Positions 43,771-54,540 of a stretch of 64,000 bases of DNA are shown here, piece by piece; within the stretch, counting starts at the first letter, position 1; each line of letters opens with the position of its first letter. The translations under genes and the position numbers were made by a program. The stretch comes from an uncultured Acidobacteriota bacterium (GTDB lineage: Bacteria; Acidobacteriota; UBA6911). The DNA lies in the NCBI GenBank assembly GCA_963827655.1, contig CAWHCF010000026.1, forward strand, positions 64,001-128,000, in the 5' to 3' direction. The notes beneath the pieces are model-generated. The model did not search any database, was not told the origin of the DNA, and was given only the letters and a program-made list of their open reading frames with translations.

Positions 43771-44739
43771 ATGAAAGAAATCTGGCGAGTCCGTGAATTC
43801 AGCACTCTGATAATCCTGATGCTCGAAGTCGCGTTTTTTACCTGGTATCTCTGGCCGGAGACGGACCGGAGCCATCCTTTCTTGAACTGGAGCAACGGGA
43901 TACTCATTTTGAAGTACTCCTCGATCTATGGCATCGCGGCAATCGGCGCCGCCATGGTGATCATTTCCGGCGGAGTGGATCTCGCGCCCGGCGCCGTTAT
44001 TGCCATGTCCGGCGTCGTCACCGGTCACATGCTCGTGATCTCGGGGTATGGGCTGCCGGTTTGCGTAATCGGAGGGCTCCTGGTCGGGTTAGTCTCGGGT
44101 CTGATCAGCTCGGCGCTGGTCGTTCTGGTTCGCCTTCCTCCTTTCATCGCCACCCTCGGTGTCATGGGAATCACCCGAGGGCTTGCCTTCATAGTCACTG
44201 AGGGCCGCTATTACGATCTTTCCAGCAAGCTGCCTCCTGGCTGGAGACCGATCGGAATCCCTGCGGATTGGCTTGCGCCCATAGCCATGGTGTTGCTCGC
44301 AGCCGTTTTTCAGATTCTGATGAAGAATTTCCAGTGGGGCCGGTCTGTCTTCGCGCTGGGAGGGAACGAGACAGCGGCATTGTTTTCCGGCATTCGAATT
44401 GGCCGCGTGAAGACGCTGGTGTACACATTGGCCGGCTTGCTGGCCGCGATTTCGGGCGTGATTCTCGTGTTGGTTCAAGGGCAGGCCAAGGCCGATCTTG
44501 CAACCGGTTACGAATTGGATATCATCGCTTCAGCCGTTGTGGGCGGGGCCAGCCTGTCAGGCGGACGCGGCTCGGTAGCGGGAGCGGTCTTGGGAACTCT
44601 CATCTTCGGGGTCTTGCGTAATGCGCTGCCCCAGATTCCGGGCGCAACTTTTTATGACCGGTTGATCGTCGGGCTGGTTGTGGTCGTCATCGTGGTGATG
44701 GATCAATTGATTGCCAAGAAAGGCAAGGAGGGTCGATGA
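43771..44739 (+). CDS. Sugar ABC permease (RbsC-like)
   Basis: VIISGGVDL, PPFIATLG, GGNETAALFSGI, YELDIIASAVVGGASLSGGRG. Confidence 0.95.
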   Translation: MKEIWRVREFSTLIILMLEVAFFTWYLWPETDRSHPFLNWSNGILILKYSSIYGIAAIGAAMVIISGGVDLAPGAVIAMSGVVTGHMLVISGYGLPVCVIGGLLVGLVSGLISSALVVLVRLPPFIATLGVMGITRGLAFIVTEGRYYDLSSKLPPGWRPIGIPADWLAPIAMVLLAAVFQILMKNFQWGRSVFALGGNETAALFSGIRIGRVKTLVYTLAGLLAAISGVILVLVQGQAKADLATGYELDIIASAVVGGASLSGGRGSVAGAVLGTLIFGVLRNALPQIPGATFYDRLIVGLVVVVIVVMDQLIAKKGKEGR

Positions 44740-45687
44740 GGAGATGTTGGATTCTGTCCATACTCCTGGGTTTTCTCGCCGTAGCGCTGTGGCTCGGGCG
44801 GGAAAGAGGTGAAGGGAGTCAAGTATCGGTTTGCAGTCATTCCAAAAGCCCTGGATCTGCCTGTCTTCAACTACGCCCGTACCGGCGCGGAACGGGCGGC
44901 AAAAGAAATCGGAAACGTCGAGGTCATCTGGCGCGCGCCTGAAACAGCCGATCAGCTCAAGCAAAAGGAAATTCTCGAATCCTTCATAACCCAGCGCGTC
45001 GACGGCATCGCAATTTCCTGCACCAACGGCGATTTTCTCACCGAGACGATCAACAAGGCCATGGACACTGGTATTCCGGTCATCACCTGGGATGCGGACG
45101 CGCCCAAGTCCAAACGCATCGCTTACTACGGCGTCGACGATTTTGCTTCCGGGAAAATACTGGGAGAAGAAGCCGCGAAATTGATCGGAGGCAAGGGAAA
45201 GGTCGCCCTGATAACCAGCATAGGCGCTTACAATCTCCAGAGGCGCCTGGATGGGGTTCAGGAGAGTATAGGAAAGTATCCCGGCATTCAGGCGGTGGAG
45301 ATCTTCGATATCAAGGAGGACACGGTGCGCTGCGCCGAGATCATTGCCTCGGCAACCAACAAGTACGGGGATCTCGATGCCTGGATCTCGGTCGGGGGAT
45401 GGCCGATTTTCAGCCGCAATGCGCTTGATCCCATCGATCCGAAGCGAACCAAGGTCGCCTGCTTCGATACCATTCCGCCCGGTCCTGACATTCTGAAGGC
45501 GGGGAAAGTACAGGTACTCATAGGACAGAAGTACTTCGGCTGGGGAGAGGAATCAGTTCGTCTGCTTTCCGGGATCAAGGCAGGGAAGTACCCGGCCAAG
45601 ACAATCATCGACTCCGGGGTCGACGTTGTGACTCAGTCGAATGTGGACGAGTACGTCGCTCAGTGGAAAAAGCTGGAAAACCCGTAG
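44736..45687 (+). CDS. Sugar ABC substrate-binding protein; frameshift near 44790
   Basis: Signal MRRCWILSILLGFLAVA in ORF 44736..44942; body VDGIAIS, GIPVITWDAD, IDSGVDVVT in ORF 44809..45687. Confidence 0.88.
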
Positions 45688-45790
45688 TGTTTTGGCTTCT
45701 TCGCGTGGATTTCGTTTTCCCATTCACCGCCAAGACCCGAGAGAGCATGCCGGCAATCGAAATGATTGATTCTGGGCATCACTTGGTTCT

Positions 45791-48139
45791 CTAAAAGCCA
45801 ACACGGCGTAGCAAGTCCTTGAACTGCGGGTCGGAACGGAGGCCTTCCAGCCGTGGCTCGCCCTTGAGGTGACAAAGCCACTGCGAGCGTTCCTCATATG
45901 CCTTTTCCAGCCAGTGTAGCGCCTGATTCTTCTCGCGGAGTCCCGCGTAGATGAAGGCGACGTGGTGCGAGGAGACGTATCGTCGCATGGCAAGTTCACG
46001 TATGCTGATCGATAGCTTTCTGGGCCTCCTTTCGGTTGCCCGCCGCCGCGTGTGCGTAGCCCAGGGTCGCAATGGCGTCGGTGTCCCCTGGAGAGAGGTC
46101 GAGGGCTTTCTTCGTTTCCGCTATAGATTCCGCATGCAGTCCCTTTTTTGCATAAACGAGGCCGAGGCCGGAATGCGCAGTAACGGAGTTCGGATCCAGG
46201 TCGAGCATTTTCCGGTACTGTTCGATAGCCTCATCCAAGCGCCCCGCCCAATAGAATTCCGAGCCCAGAGCGGCATTGATCCTGGGAGAGAGTGGATCCA
46301 GGTCCAAAGCACGCTTGATCTCTGGCATGGCTTCGTCCAGGCGGCCTAGACGCGTCAACAAGACCGAATACCACAGGTGCGCTTCCGCATTGTTAGGGTC
46401 GCTCGCTATGGCCTTCCTAGCTTCCACCTCCGCATTCAGCCAATCGCGTTCGTGAACAAATCTGACCAGGGAGAGCGATATGTGCGCTTCCGGGAGCGTT
46501 TCATCAAGCTCTACCGCCCTGATGGCGGCTGCCCTCGCTCGCCCGGCGGTCTCCATCGGCGGGTCGGGAATATCACCCAGCACCCAGCAGTCGGCCACTC
46601 CTGCATACGCCAGAGCGTATCCAGGGTCCTTGGCGATTGCCTGCTGAAAGTACTGGATTCCTTTTTTGACACCCTCTTCGGTCCGTTTGTACCAGTAATG
46701 GCGGCCCTGCAAATAAAGGCGATACGCTTCGGCGTTTTCCGTGTAGCGTCGCGTGAGTCGCTTTTGTTGCTCCTGCGTCAACTTCGATCGCAGTTGGCGC
46801 GAGATGTCTTTCGCGATTTCCTCCTGCAGCCAAAGGACGTCTGCCATCTTCCGGTTGTAGCGCTCTCCCCAAAGACTTCTGTTGCTTTGCGTGTCTACGA
46901 GCTCGGCACTGATAGACAGATTCTCTCCGCGCTGCACAACCCGACCGGTAACAACAGCCTGTACGTTCAGGTCACGCCCCACTGCCTGCGGGCCGGTGTC
47001 TCGCCCCTTGTAACGGAAGACAGCGCTGCGCGACATGACGGCAAGCTGCGGCAATTGTGAGAGGTTGTAAATAAGGCTCTCGGTGATCCCGTCGCCGAGA
47101 TAGTCTGCGTCGGGATCGCCGCTCGCAGTGACTGAAGGGCAGGACAGCAAGTGATTCGATCGCTCCAGCGGGATGTCCCCTGGCCATAAACCAGTAGAGA
47201 GAAAGACCAACCAGCAGGACCGCCACCATGGCTGCGATCCAAATGGGTCGTCGAAGGAGAAGCCCGAAGGCTGACTCAGAAGACTGGGACGCTTCGGAAG
47301 GGCTCACAATTGCCTTCAATGCGAAAGCGAGATCGTGCGCAGAATGGAATCGCTCTCCCGGATTCTTTTCCAGACAGTGGACCGTCACACGTTCCAGTTC
47401 GGCAGGAATCTCCTTTGCTAAGGACCCTAGTGGCAGCGGGTCATCCTTCAAGGTCGCCGCCAGCGCTTCGCCGGCTGACGGGCTGGCGAAAGCTCGCCGC
47501 CCGGATAACATTTCATAAAGGACGCACCCGAACGAGAAGATGTCGCTTGCAGCGTCGACACGAACGCCGCGTATCTGCTCCGGCGACATATAACCCAACG
47601 TCCCCATCACCGTTCCTGGCTCAGTCTCGGTCGGCGGAGAGGCCTCGATCTCTGGTGCGGGCGTCCATCGCGCCAGACCGAAGTCCAGAATCTTTACGCG
47701 CCCTTCGGAGGTCAGGAAGATGTTCTCGGGTTTCAGATCTCGGTGGATGATTCCTTTGGAATGGGCAGCCGAAAGACCCTCTGCAATAGCGACGCCAGCG
47801 TCAACCGCTTTGCGCCAGGAAAGAGTCCCGCGGGCGAGACGGCTGCGAAGCGTCTCACCCTCCAGTAACTCCATCACCGCATAGGTAATGCCCCGATCGG
47901 TTCCGAAATCGTGAATGGCCAGGATATTGGGATGTGACAACGCTGCTACCGCCCTGGCCTCGCGCTCAAACCGCGCCAGGGCTTGCGGGTTGTTGGCCAA
48001 ATGCTCGGGCAAGACTTTGATGGCTACGTCGCGCCCGAGACGGGAGTCCCTGGCGCGATACACTTCTCCCATGCCGCCGGCTGCCGACGGGCGCGAGAAT
48101 TTCGTAAGGGCCCAGACACGTCCCGATGGAGACCGACAT
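45791..48139 (-). CDS. Ser/Thr kinase with TolB_N-like and TPR domains; at least 3 frameshifts
   Basis: [77 protein letters not shown]. Confidence 0.88.
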
Positions 48140-48242
48140 AACAAGCCTGATTCTAGCGGATAGAGCGCCTATAAGTCGCGTCTTTGTGGTCAGTGCGGAG
48201 GAACAAGAAACTACCACCAAGACGCAAAGACACGAAGAAACG

Positions 48243-49100
48243 CTAGCCCAGCTCGGGTCCTGCGACGCCGCATACCCAGCTCGGATTTCCGGGATAATTG
48301 TTTGGACCCCGGTACATGCGGGTCAGGGGACGTTGGAACTGAAATCCCATCATTCTGACCAGTGTTCCCGCTTCCGGATGCATCTGAGAGATGTCTACAA
48401 AAACCGGTTCATTCTCTACGCGACGTAAGAATTCACGCGCCAATTCCTCCGCGACTCCGGTATCCGGCTTCGCGACCCAGGGGCCGAGATAGTGAGCGCG
48501 CGTGCCGGCTCGGCCGAGAACATAGCCGGCAACTTCGCCCTCCTGGTATACGACCGCTGAATACCGGGAGTTTTCCTGCCAGAGCGATTCGAGAAGCCGC
48601 GATCGGTCTGCGCCAAAGACCGAGCGGTCCAATTCGCAAACTCGCGCCAGATCCGCGCGCTTCATAATCTGCAGGCCGGCGCCTTTCACGGCGCGAGATA
48701 CCCCTTCCCAGCGCTCGATGCCATATTCGTCGACAAATCCGCGCTGCACGTAGACGGTGCGTCCCATCGGCGTGGCGTCGAGTTTGACTGTTTCTACTCC
48801 TGCCGTCTCCAGTGCCGAGATGCCCGCTTCCAGCAAACGCGTGCCTATCCCTTGCCGCCGATATTCCGGATCCACGAGCACCATGCTGACCCACCCGAAG
48901 CGCTTTTCGAAGTCGAGGGTTGTAACGGTGCCGCGGATGCGGTCCTCGACGCAGGCTACGAAGCAGCCCGAGGGCTCCATCTTCAAGAAGCGTTGCCAAT
49001 CCTGTTCGGTCTGGTTCCAGCCGGCGAGCTCACGGAGCCGCATCCCGTCAGGAATGTCGGCCGCAGTCATGGGCCGGATGGTCGTTATGGAGCTTTTCAT
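48243..49100 (-). CDS. Two-domain GNAT acetyltransferase (YitH-like)
   Basis: AGWNQTEQDW, VLVDPEYRRQGIG, LDATPMG, VFGADRSRLL, LGPWVA. Confidence 0.85.
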   Translation of the reverse strand: MKSSITTIRPMTAADIPDGMRLRELAGWNQTEQDWQRFLKMEPSGCFVACVEDRIRGTVTTLDFEKRFGWVSMVLVDPEYRRQGIGTRLLEAGISALETAGVETVKLDATPMGRTVYVQRGFVDEYGIERWEGVSRAVKGAGLQIMKRADLARVCELDRSVFGADRSRLLESLWQENSRYSAVVYQEGEVAGYVLGRAGTRAHYLGPWVAKPDTGVAEELAREFLRRVENEPVFVDISQMHPEAGTLVRMMGFQFQRPLTRMYRGPNNYPGNPSWVCGVAGPELG

Positions 49101-49146
49101 AGGAAGCGTTACTCATTCTGAATTGAAGCCCCGAAAGATACAATGA

Positions 49147-49231
49147 GATTGACGATTTACGATTTACGATTGACGATTGATCCTCAATGGGTGATTTCAA
49201 TCGTCAATCGTCAATCGTAAATCGTCAATCG
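49147..49231. repeat. Inverted heptamer tandem repeat (about 34-bp stem)
   Basis: (GATT[G/T]AC)x5, a 16-nt spacer, then (T[C/A]AATCG)x5. Confidence 0.9.
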
Positions 49232-49244
49232 TAGGGGGGTTCCA

Positions 49245-50135
49245 ATGTCGTACTACCATCGCAGGCAGGTTTTGCGGGCTGGCATCGTCGCGCTGGGCAA
49301 CTTTGTGATCGGGGGACCGCTGCCGCGAGATGCGGAAGCGCAGGGACGCCGCGGCATCTTTGATGCCCATCTGCACATACCGAGCGACAACGGCGAGAAC
49401 TTCCAGTGGTACCTGGTCACCAGGAACATGAGCGAGTTCGTAGCCTACCTTGACAAGTGCGGGGTCCGGCGCGGAGTCATTTCATCTTCGTGGAGCAATA
49501 AAGCCCAGACGCCCGAGGACTACCGCCAGGGGAACCGCGAGGTGGCAAAATATGTGGACCGTTACAAGGGGCGCTTCCGGGGAAGCTGCGTCATCACTCC
49601 GTTTCGAATTGACGAAGCTTTGCGTGAAATCGAGGAATGTCACAAACAGTATGGTTTTGTCTGGCTCGGGGAGTTTTGCAACTACATGACCGGGTACAAG
49701 TACGATACGCCGGAGTGGGCCGAAGTGATGAAACTGGCCACGAAGCTGAACCTGGTGGTGCAGATCCACACCAACGCGCGAGAGATGCAATACCTGGCAG
49801 AGAACTTCCCCGAGACCACCATCGTGTTTCCGCACCTTGGGGGTAATCGCGATGACATTTCCGCCCGGATTGCGACGGTCGCCAGCCACAAGAACACGCA
49901 CATCGAACTCTCGGGATCGGGAATCGAGCGCGTGGGGATTCTGGAACGCGCGGTCAAGGAGATCGGCGCCGACCGGGTACTCTACGGGTCCGACTTCACC
50001 ATCAATGAGCCTTCGGCCGTCATCGCGCGCGTGCAAAACGCCTTCCTGACGGCAGAAGAGCGCGAGAAGATCCTGTACCGGAACGTCGAGCGGCTTCTGG
50101 CGCGCGCTGGTTCCGGCAATGCCAAGACGGCTTAG
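49245..50135 (+). CDS. Amidohydrolase_2 family protein with Tat-like leader
   Basis: HRRQVL leader; IFDAHLH, VQIHT, FPHLGG, RVLYGSDF. Confidence 0.85.
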   Translation: MSYYHRRQVLRAGIVALGNFVIGGPLPRDAEAQGRRGIFDAHLHIPSDNGENFQWYLVTRNMSEFVAYLDKCGVRRGVISSSWSNKAQTPEDYRQGNREVAKYVDRYKGRFRGSCVITPFRIDEALREIEECHKQYGFVWLGEFCNYMTGYKYDTPEWAEVMKLATKLNLVVQIHTNAREMQYLAENFPETTIVFPHLGGNRDDISARIATVASHKNTHIELSGSGIERVGILERAVKEIGADRVLYGSDFTINEPSAVIARVQNAFLTAEEREKILYRNVERLLARAGSGNAKTA

Positions 50136-50174
50136 CGTAGCGTCTTGGCGTCTTCGCGGTAACAAAAATTCTGC

Positions 50175-52885
50175 TCACTGAAAATTCTCGACCAGCGTGA
50201 GGTCGCTTTCGATCGAATCCACCTGGACATAGAGAATCCAGCGGCCGTCTGGAGACACTGCGAAGTGAGTGGTGGTTGGGTAAATCTTGGTTTCCTTAGG
50301 TAGCGTGACGACTTCGGTTAACTGGCGTGTGGATGGTCGGAAAAATTGGATGACAGGGCCAGATGTCTCCCGCGTGGTGAGCAGAAAGAGGCCTTGCTCG
50401 ATCACGGCCCATCCCCCTGGTTGCCGGCGTCCAGCACCTGGGCTTCCTCGCCACCCTCCACCGGAACCCGCCAGATGCCGGGGACGTCGCGCTTGTGATA
50501 GTAGACGGACTTGCCATCCGGCGATTCGAAGGCTTCGCGCCCGCCCTTCCTGGTCACCTGCACGGCCGGCCCGCCTTCGGAGGGGAGCTTCCACACTTGC
50601 CAGGTCCCGGTACGGTCGGAGCCGAAGTAGATCCATCGGCCGTTGCCCGACCAGCTCGGCCGCACCTCGTCCGAGGGCTCCGTCGGTGAGACGCCGGGGC
50701 GCCCCTCCGTCGGCGCGGACCACGTAAATGTCTCTGCGCCCCTCATGCACTGAGTCGAATGCAATGCGCTGGCCGTCGGGAGACCAGCGCGGGGTCCCCA
50801 CGGGAGGACCGCCGAAGGATGTTACCTGCACCGAGTTCAGACCCCCGCTGTCGCAAACCCAGATCTCTTCATTTCCCGAGCGCGATGAATTGAACGCGAT
50901 TCGTTTGCCATCAGGAGAGAACTGAGGACTTATGTCCCTGCGCGTCGATGCGATCAGCTTGACAGGTGAGCCTGCTTTGCCGGTTGCGGGGCCCCGGGAC
51001 CGGAGATAAAGGTCCCTCCACGCGCCAGATATTCGTGTCCTGAATTTGCTGAGCGTAGACCAGGCGGGTAGCAACCCGGGAGCCTCCCTGCAATCGATGG
51101 GGAGTAGGCATTCTCTGTGCCTACAACCAGCCGCTGGGGTGCGTTCGGTCCGGGAGAATCGACAGAGACTCTCCACAAGCTGCGGCCGCCCTCGCGATTC
51201 GAGGAGAAGACGATGCCAAGGCTGTCAGGAGTCCAATCCAGACCTAAGAATGTTGCGTTCGTCGAAAGTCAGGCGTCTGGGTTCGCCCGCTGGCATGCCG
51301 TTGTCGGTTACGGGTAGAACAAAGATCTCCTTAGACGCCAGGCGTGAAAGCTCTAACAAAGGCCAGCATCCTGCCATCAGGGGAGAAGGTGGGAGACCGA
51401 TCCCCATACTGCGCAGGCGGATGACGTCAGTTTCTTTTTCTCGCCCGTCTCGACAGAAAGCAAGAAGATGCCGAGAGACTCCTGCGGCGAGGTTCTCTCC
51501 ACGATCGCGACGGATTTCCCGTCGGGCGACCAGGCCGGTCGAGAACGGCTTGCCTCGAGAAAGCCTTCGAGCGATCCAGAGAGTTCCGGTCCCGCCGACT
51601 CCCCCAGTTTTCGTTCAGACCCGCCCAGGGCGGGAACCATCATGATCTCGGTGCCGCCTTGAGACTGGCGATAAAAAGCGACGTAGCGGCCGTCCGGTGA
51701 CCAGGCCGGACCGAAATCATCGGCGGGGTTCGTTGTGAGCCTCAGCGGCGCTCCGGCATCGATTTGTTTGATATAGATCTCAAAGTTGTTGGCTCCTTCA
51801 CCGTCCCACGCGAATGCAACGAACCTTCCATCGGGCGACAAGGCGGGGTCAATCTCCCGGCCGGGAAAACTTGTGAGGGGTGCGGTTTTCGGAAGGGGCT
51901 TCGCTGGCTCACTGCTGGGACGGGCGAGTCGAAACCAGAGCGCAGCACCGATGAGCAAAACCAAAGCCAAAGCGCCCGCCGCCATCCACCCGATTGCCTT
52001 CCGAGACGGTCCTGTCGTTGCCATGGGGCCGGATTCCGACTCTTCCTTCAGTTCTTCCAGCCTCAGCTTGACCTCGTCCATTTGCTTGAAACGTCGCTCC
52101 GGATCCTTACGCAGGCACCGCAGTATGATCCTTTCCAGTTCGGGCGGGACGCCGGGGCTGATCTGGCTTGGAGCCGGTGGTTCCTGAGTGAGTACGGCGG
52201 CCATCGTGGCCGCTTTCGACTCACCCGCAAACGCCCGGCGCCCCGTCACCATCTCGTAAAGCACGGCGCCGAACGAGAAAATGTCCGAGCGGGCATCAAC
52301 TTCCTTGCCGTTGGCTTGCTCCGGCGACATGTAGGCAACGGTTCCAACGATCGCGCCCTCTTCCGTTCTTGGGCGCGTCGTTTGAGTGGTGCTCGAGTGG
52401 TTGCCATCTTCAGGCTCACTGAGTTTCGCCAGCCCGAAGTCAAGGATCTTTACCTGAAGCTTGTCGCTCACCATGATGTTGCCGGGCTTGATGTCGCGGT
52501 GGATGATGCCCACAGCATGTGCCGCCGCCAGGGCATCCGCGATCTGCACGCCGCATTTAACCACGTCAGGGATTGCGAGTCCCTTCCGGCCTATCAACTC
52601 CTCGAGGGTCGTCCCTTCCACGTACTCCATAGCGATGAAGTCCACGCCCCCGGTCGTGTCAATATCGTAGGTGTGAAGGATGTTGGGATGATTGAGCGCC
52701 GACGCCGCCTTGGCTTCTTGCACGAAACGCTTCTTGCGGTCCGAGTTGGCCACCGCCTCAGCAGGCAGCACTTTGACCGCTACCGCGCGGTCGAGGTGCA
52801 TGTCATGGGCCTTGTAGACCACACCCATGCCCCCCTGGCCGAGCTTCAATTCAATCCGGTAGTGGCCAAGCGTCTGGCCGATCAT
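50175..52885 (-). CDS. Ser/Thr kinase with PD40/TolB-like propeller; several frameshifts
   Basis: LGQGGMGVVY, HRDIKPGN, DFGLAK, YMSPEQ; repeated SPDG motifs across ORFs 51377..52885, 50175..51176 and 50402..50764; ends SDLTLVENFQ. Confidence 0.88.
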
Positions 52886-52968
52886 AGTCAGGCTCTCTGA
52901 TGGAAGGAGTCATAGTACTCCAAAAACTCCTTCGCGTCTTTGCGTTCTTCGCGGGAAACGAATTGCGG

Positions 52969-53196
52969 TCAGCGTGGCCGGCGGAAAGCGTCCAGAGACC
53001 AGGTGTCGCCGGTCTCATCGTGTCTCAGGACGTAAATATTACCGTCGCTCGCGCGCACACGAAAATATATCGCCGATGGGGAATACCACTGGTCCTCGAC
53101 TTCTTCGACCTCCAGGGTTTGCTCACCCAGAGTGAAGCGGAGCGGGCGTTGGTCGCCGCGGTGACCGGCATAACACTGCACACGAAGTTCACCCAC
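52969..53196 (-). CDS. Small conserved hypothetical protein
   Basis: VQCYAGHRGDQRPLRF...VEEVEDQWYSP...FRVRASDGNIYVLRHD...W reads as a compact beta domain. Confidence 0.65.
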   Translation of the reverse strand: MGELRVQCYAGHRGDQRPLRFTLGEQTLEVEEVEDQWYSPSAIYFRVRASDGNIYVLRHDETGDTWSLDAFRRPR

Positions 53197-54476
53197 GGAA
53201 ATCGCCAAAACAAATACCACCAAGACTCAAAGGCACGAAGAAACACCTCAGAATCGCTTTTCACTTCTTTATCCGACGGCTTGTAGTCGCGCCACAACCA
53301 GCGCAGAGAATCAGGAAGGATGGCGCGGCCGTGGCGGTTACTGTGGAATCCGCGGCCGTATACGAACTTGTAGTCATAGCCGGCAAATTCCAACGCTTTC
53401 GACATCTGCAGGTTCGCCAGGGGCCAGCTGCCGTGAATGTTATCGAGATCGTTCTCGCCGTCCTGCAGGAAGACTCGAATGGGCTTTTTGGGCGTCTTGC
53501 GAATGAGCGCCGGGTAGTTGTGGCCGCCCTCGCGCAGCGTCTTGCCGCTTGCAATATTGGTAAAGCTGCCCACCCAGGAGAGGACCTTGCCGAACTCGGT
53601 CGGACGCTCCCAGGCCACGGTGAAAGCGCAGATGCCGCCGCTGCTGATTCCTGCGATGGCGCGGCTTGCCGGGTCGCGCCGCAGCGTCACGAGCTTTTCG
53701 GTTTCCGGCAGGATCTCTTCGAGCAGGAAACGCGCGTACTGATCGGAGAGGGTATCGTATTCGAAACTTCGATTCCTTTTGCCGTCTGCGAACACGCCTG
53801 GATCGATAAAGATCCCGGCCGTCACGGGCATGTCACCCGAGGCAATCAGGTTGTCGAAGACCGTCGGGACAAACTCCGCGTAGCCTCTGCCGTCCTGGAA
53901 AACCATGACGCAGGCAGGCTTCCCGGCCTGGTATTGCGCGGGCACATAGATCCACCAGTCGCGCGAGGTTCCCGAGAACACCTGGCTCCGCCACGTTGGC
54001 ATTTGTTTGACGGTCCCTTTGGGAACACCCGTTTTCTCCAGGCTGTCGGGGTGAGGAGCATAGGCTTCGACATTGCCGGAGCCGAGCCGCTTCCCGTCAA
54101 CCTGGTAGACCGTTTTCATCACCGTTCCATCCGCCAGCGGCGCGACGGCAGCATAGAGATCGGTCGTTCCGACGCGCGCGAGCTTCAGGCTGAACTTGCC
54201 ATCCTCTGAAACGACCTGCGGGATGCCCGATGCGCCGGGAATCTCGATGGCCCAGGCCGCCAGCAGGCCATCGATCCTCGGCGTTCCCCCTTTGAGCACG
54301 TTTTCTTTGCCAAAGTACTCGCGTATACGCTCGGCCAGCCGTTCGGCCTCGCTCCCCTGCGGGGACGACGCCAGCGCCGCCTGAAGCTCTTTCGGTGTCA
54401 GAGGGACTTGCTGGACGGCAAATGCCAGCGCGGCGATGGTGACGAACAAAAGTACGGACCAATGATCTATTTTCAT
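53025..54476 (-). CDS. Enterochelin-esterase-like alpha/beta hydrolase (true stop probably near 53270)
   Basis: Signal peptide; WIYVPAQY, MVFQDG, RSFEYD, AGISSGG, HGRAILPDSLRWLWRD. The tail reads through an intergenic repeat and the next gene. Confidence 0.85.
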   Translation of the reverse strand: MKIDHWSVLLFVTIAALAFAVQQVPLTPKELQAALASSPQGSEAERLAERIREYFGKENVLKGGTPRIDGLLAAWAIEIPGASGIPQVVSEDGKFSLKLARVGTTDLYAAVAPLADGTVMKTVYQVDGKRLGSGNVEAYAPHPDSLEKTGVPKGTVKQMPTWRSQVFSGTSRDWWIYVPAQYQAGKPACVMVFQDGRGYAEFVPTVFDNLIASGDMPVTAGIFIDPGVFADGKRNRSFEYDTLSDQYARFLLEEILPETEKLVTLRRDPASRAIAGISSGGICAFTVAWERPTEFGKVLSWVGSFTNIASGKTLREGGHNYPALIRKTPKKPIRVFLQDGENDLDNIHGSWPLANLQMSKALEFAGYDYKFVYGRGFHSNRHGRAILPDSLRWLWRDYKPSDKEVKSDSEVFLRAFESWWYLFWRFPWVNFVCSVMPVTAATNARSASLWVSKPWRSKKSRTSGIPHRRYIFVCARATVIFTS

Positions 54477-54540
54477 ACGTTCGCCTCTCTATCTGTGGTA
54501 TTTGTGGGCGGGCTTTTCCGAACATACTAGGTCAGCTACG

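Noticed and set aside
53025-53265. Long C-terminal tail of the esterase overlapping the next gene
   Set aside because: Reads through an intergenic repeat; most likely an indel removed the real stop.
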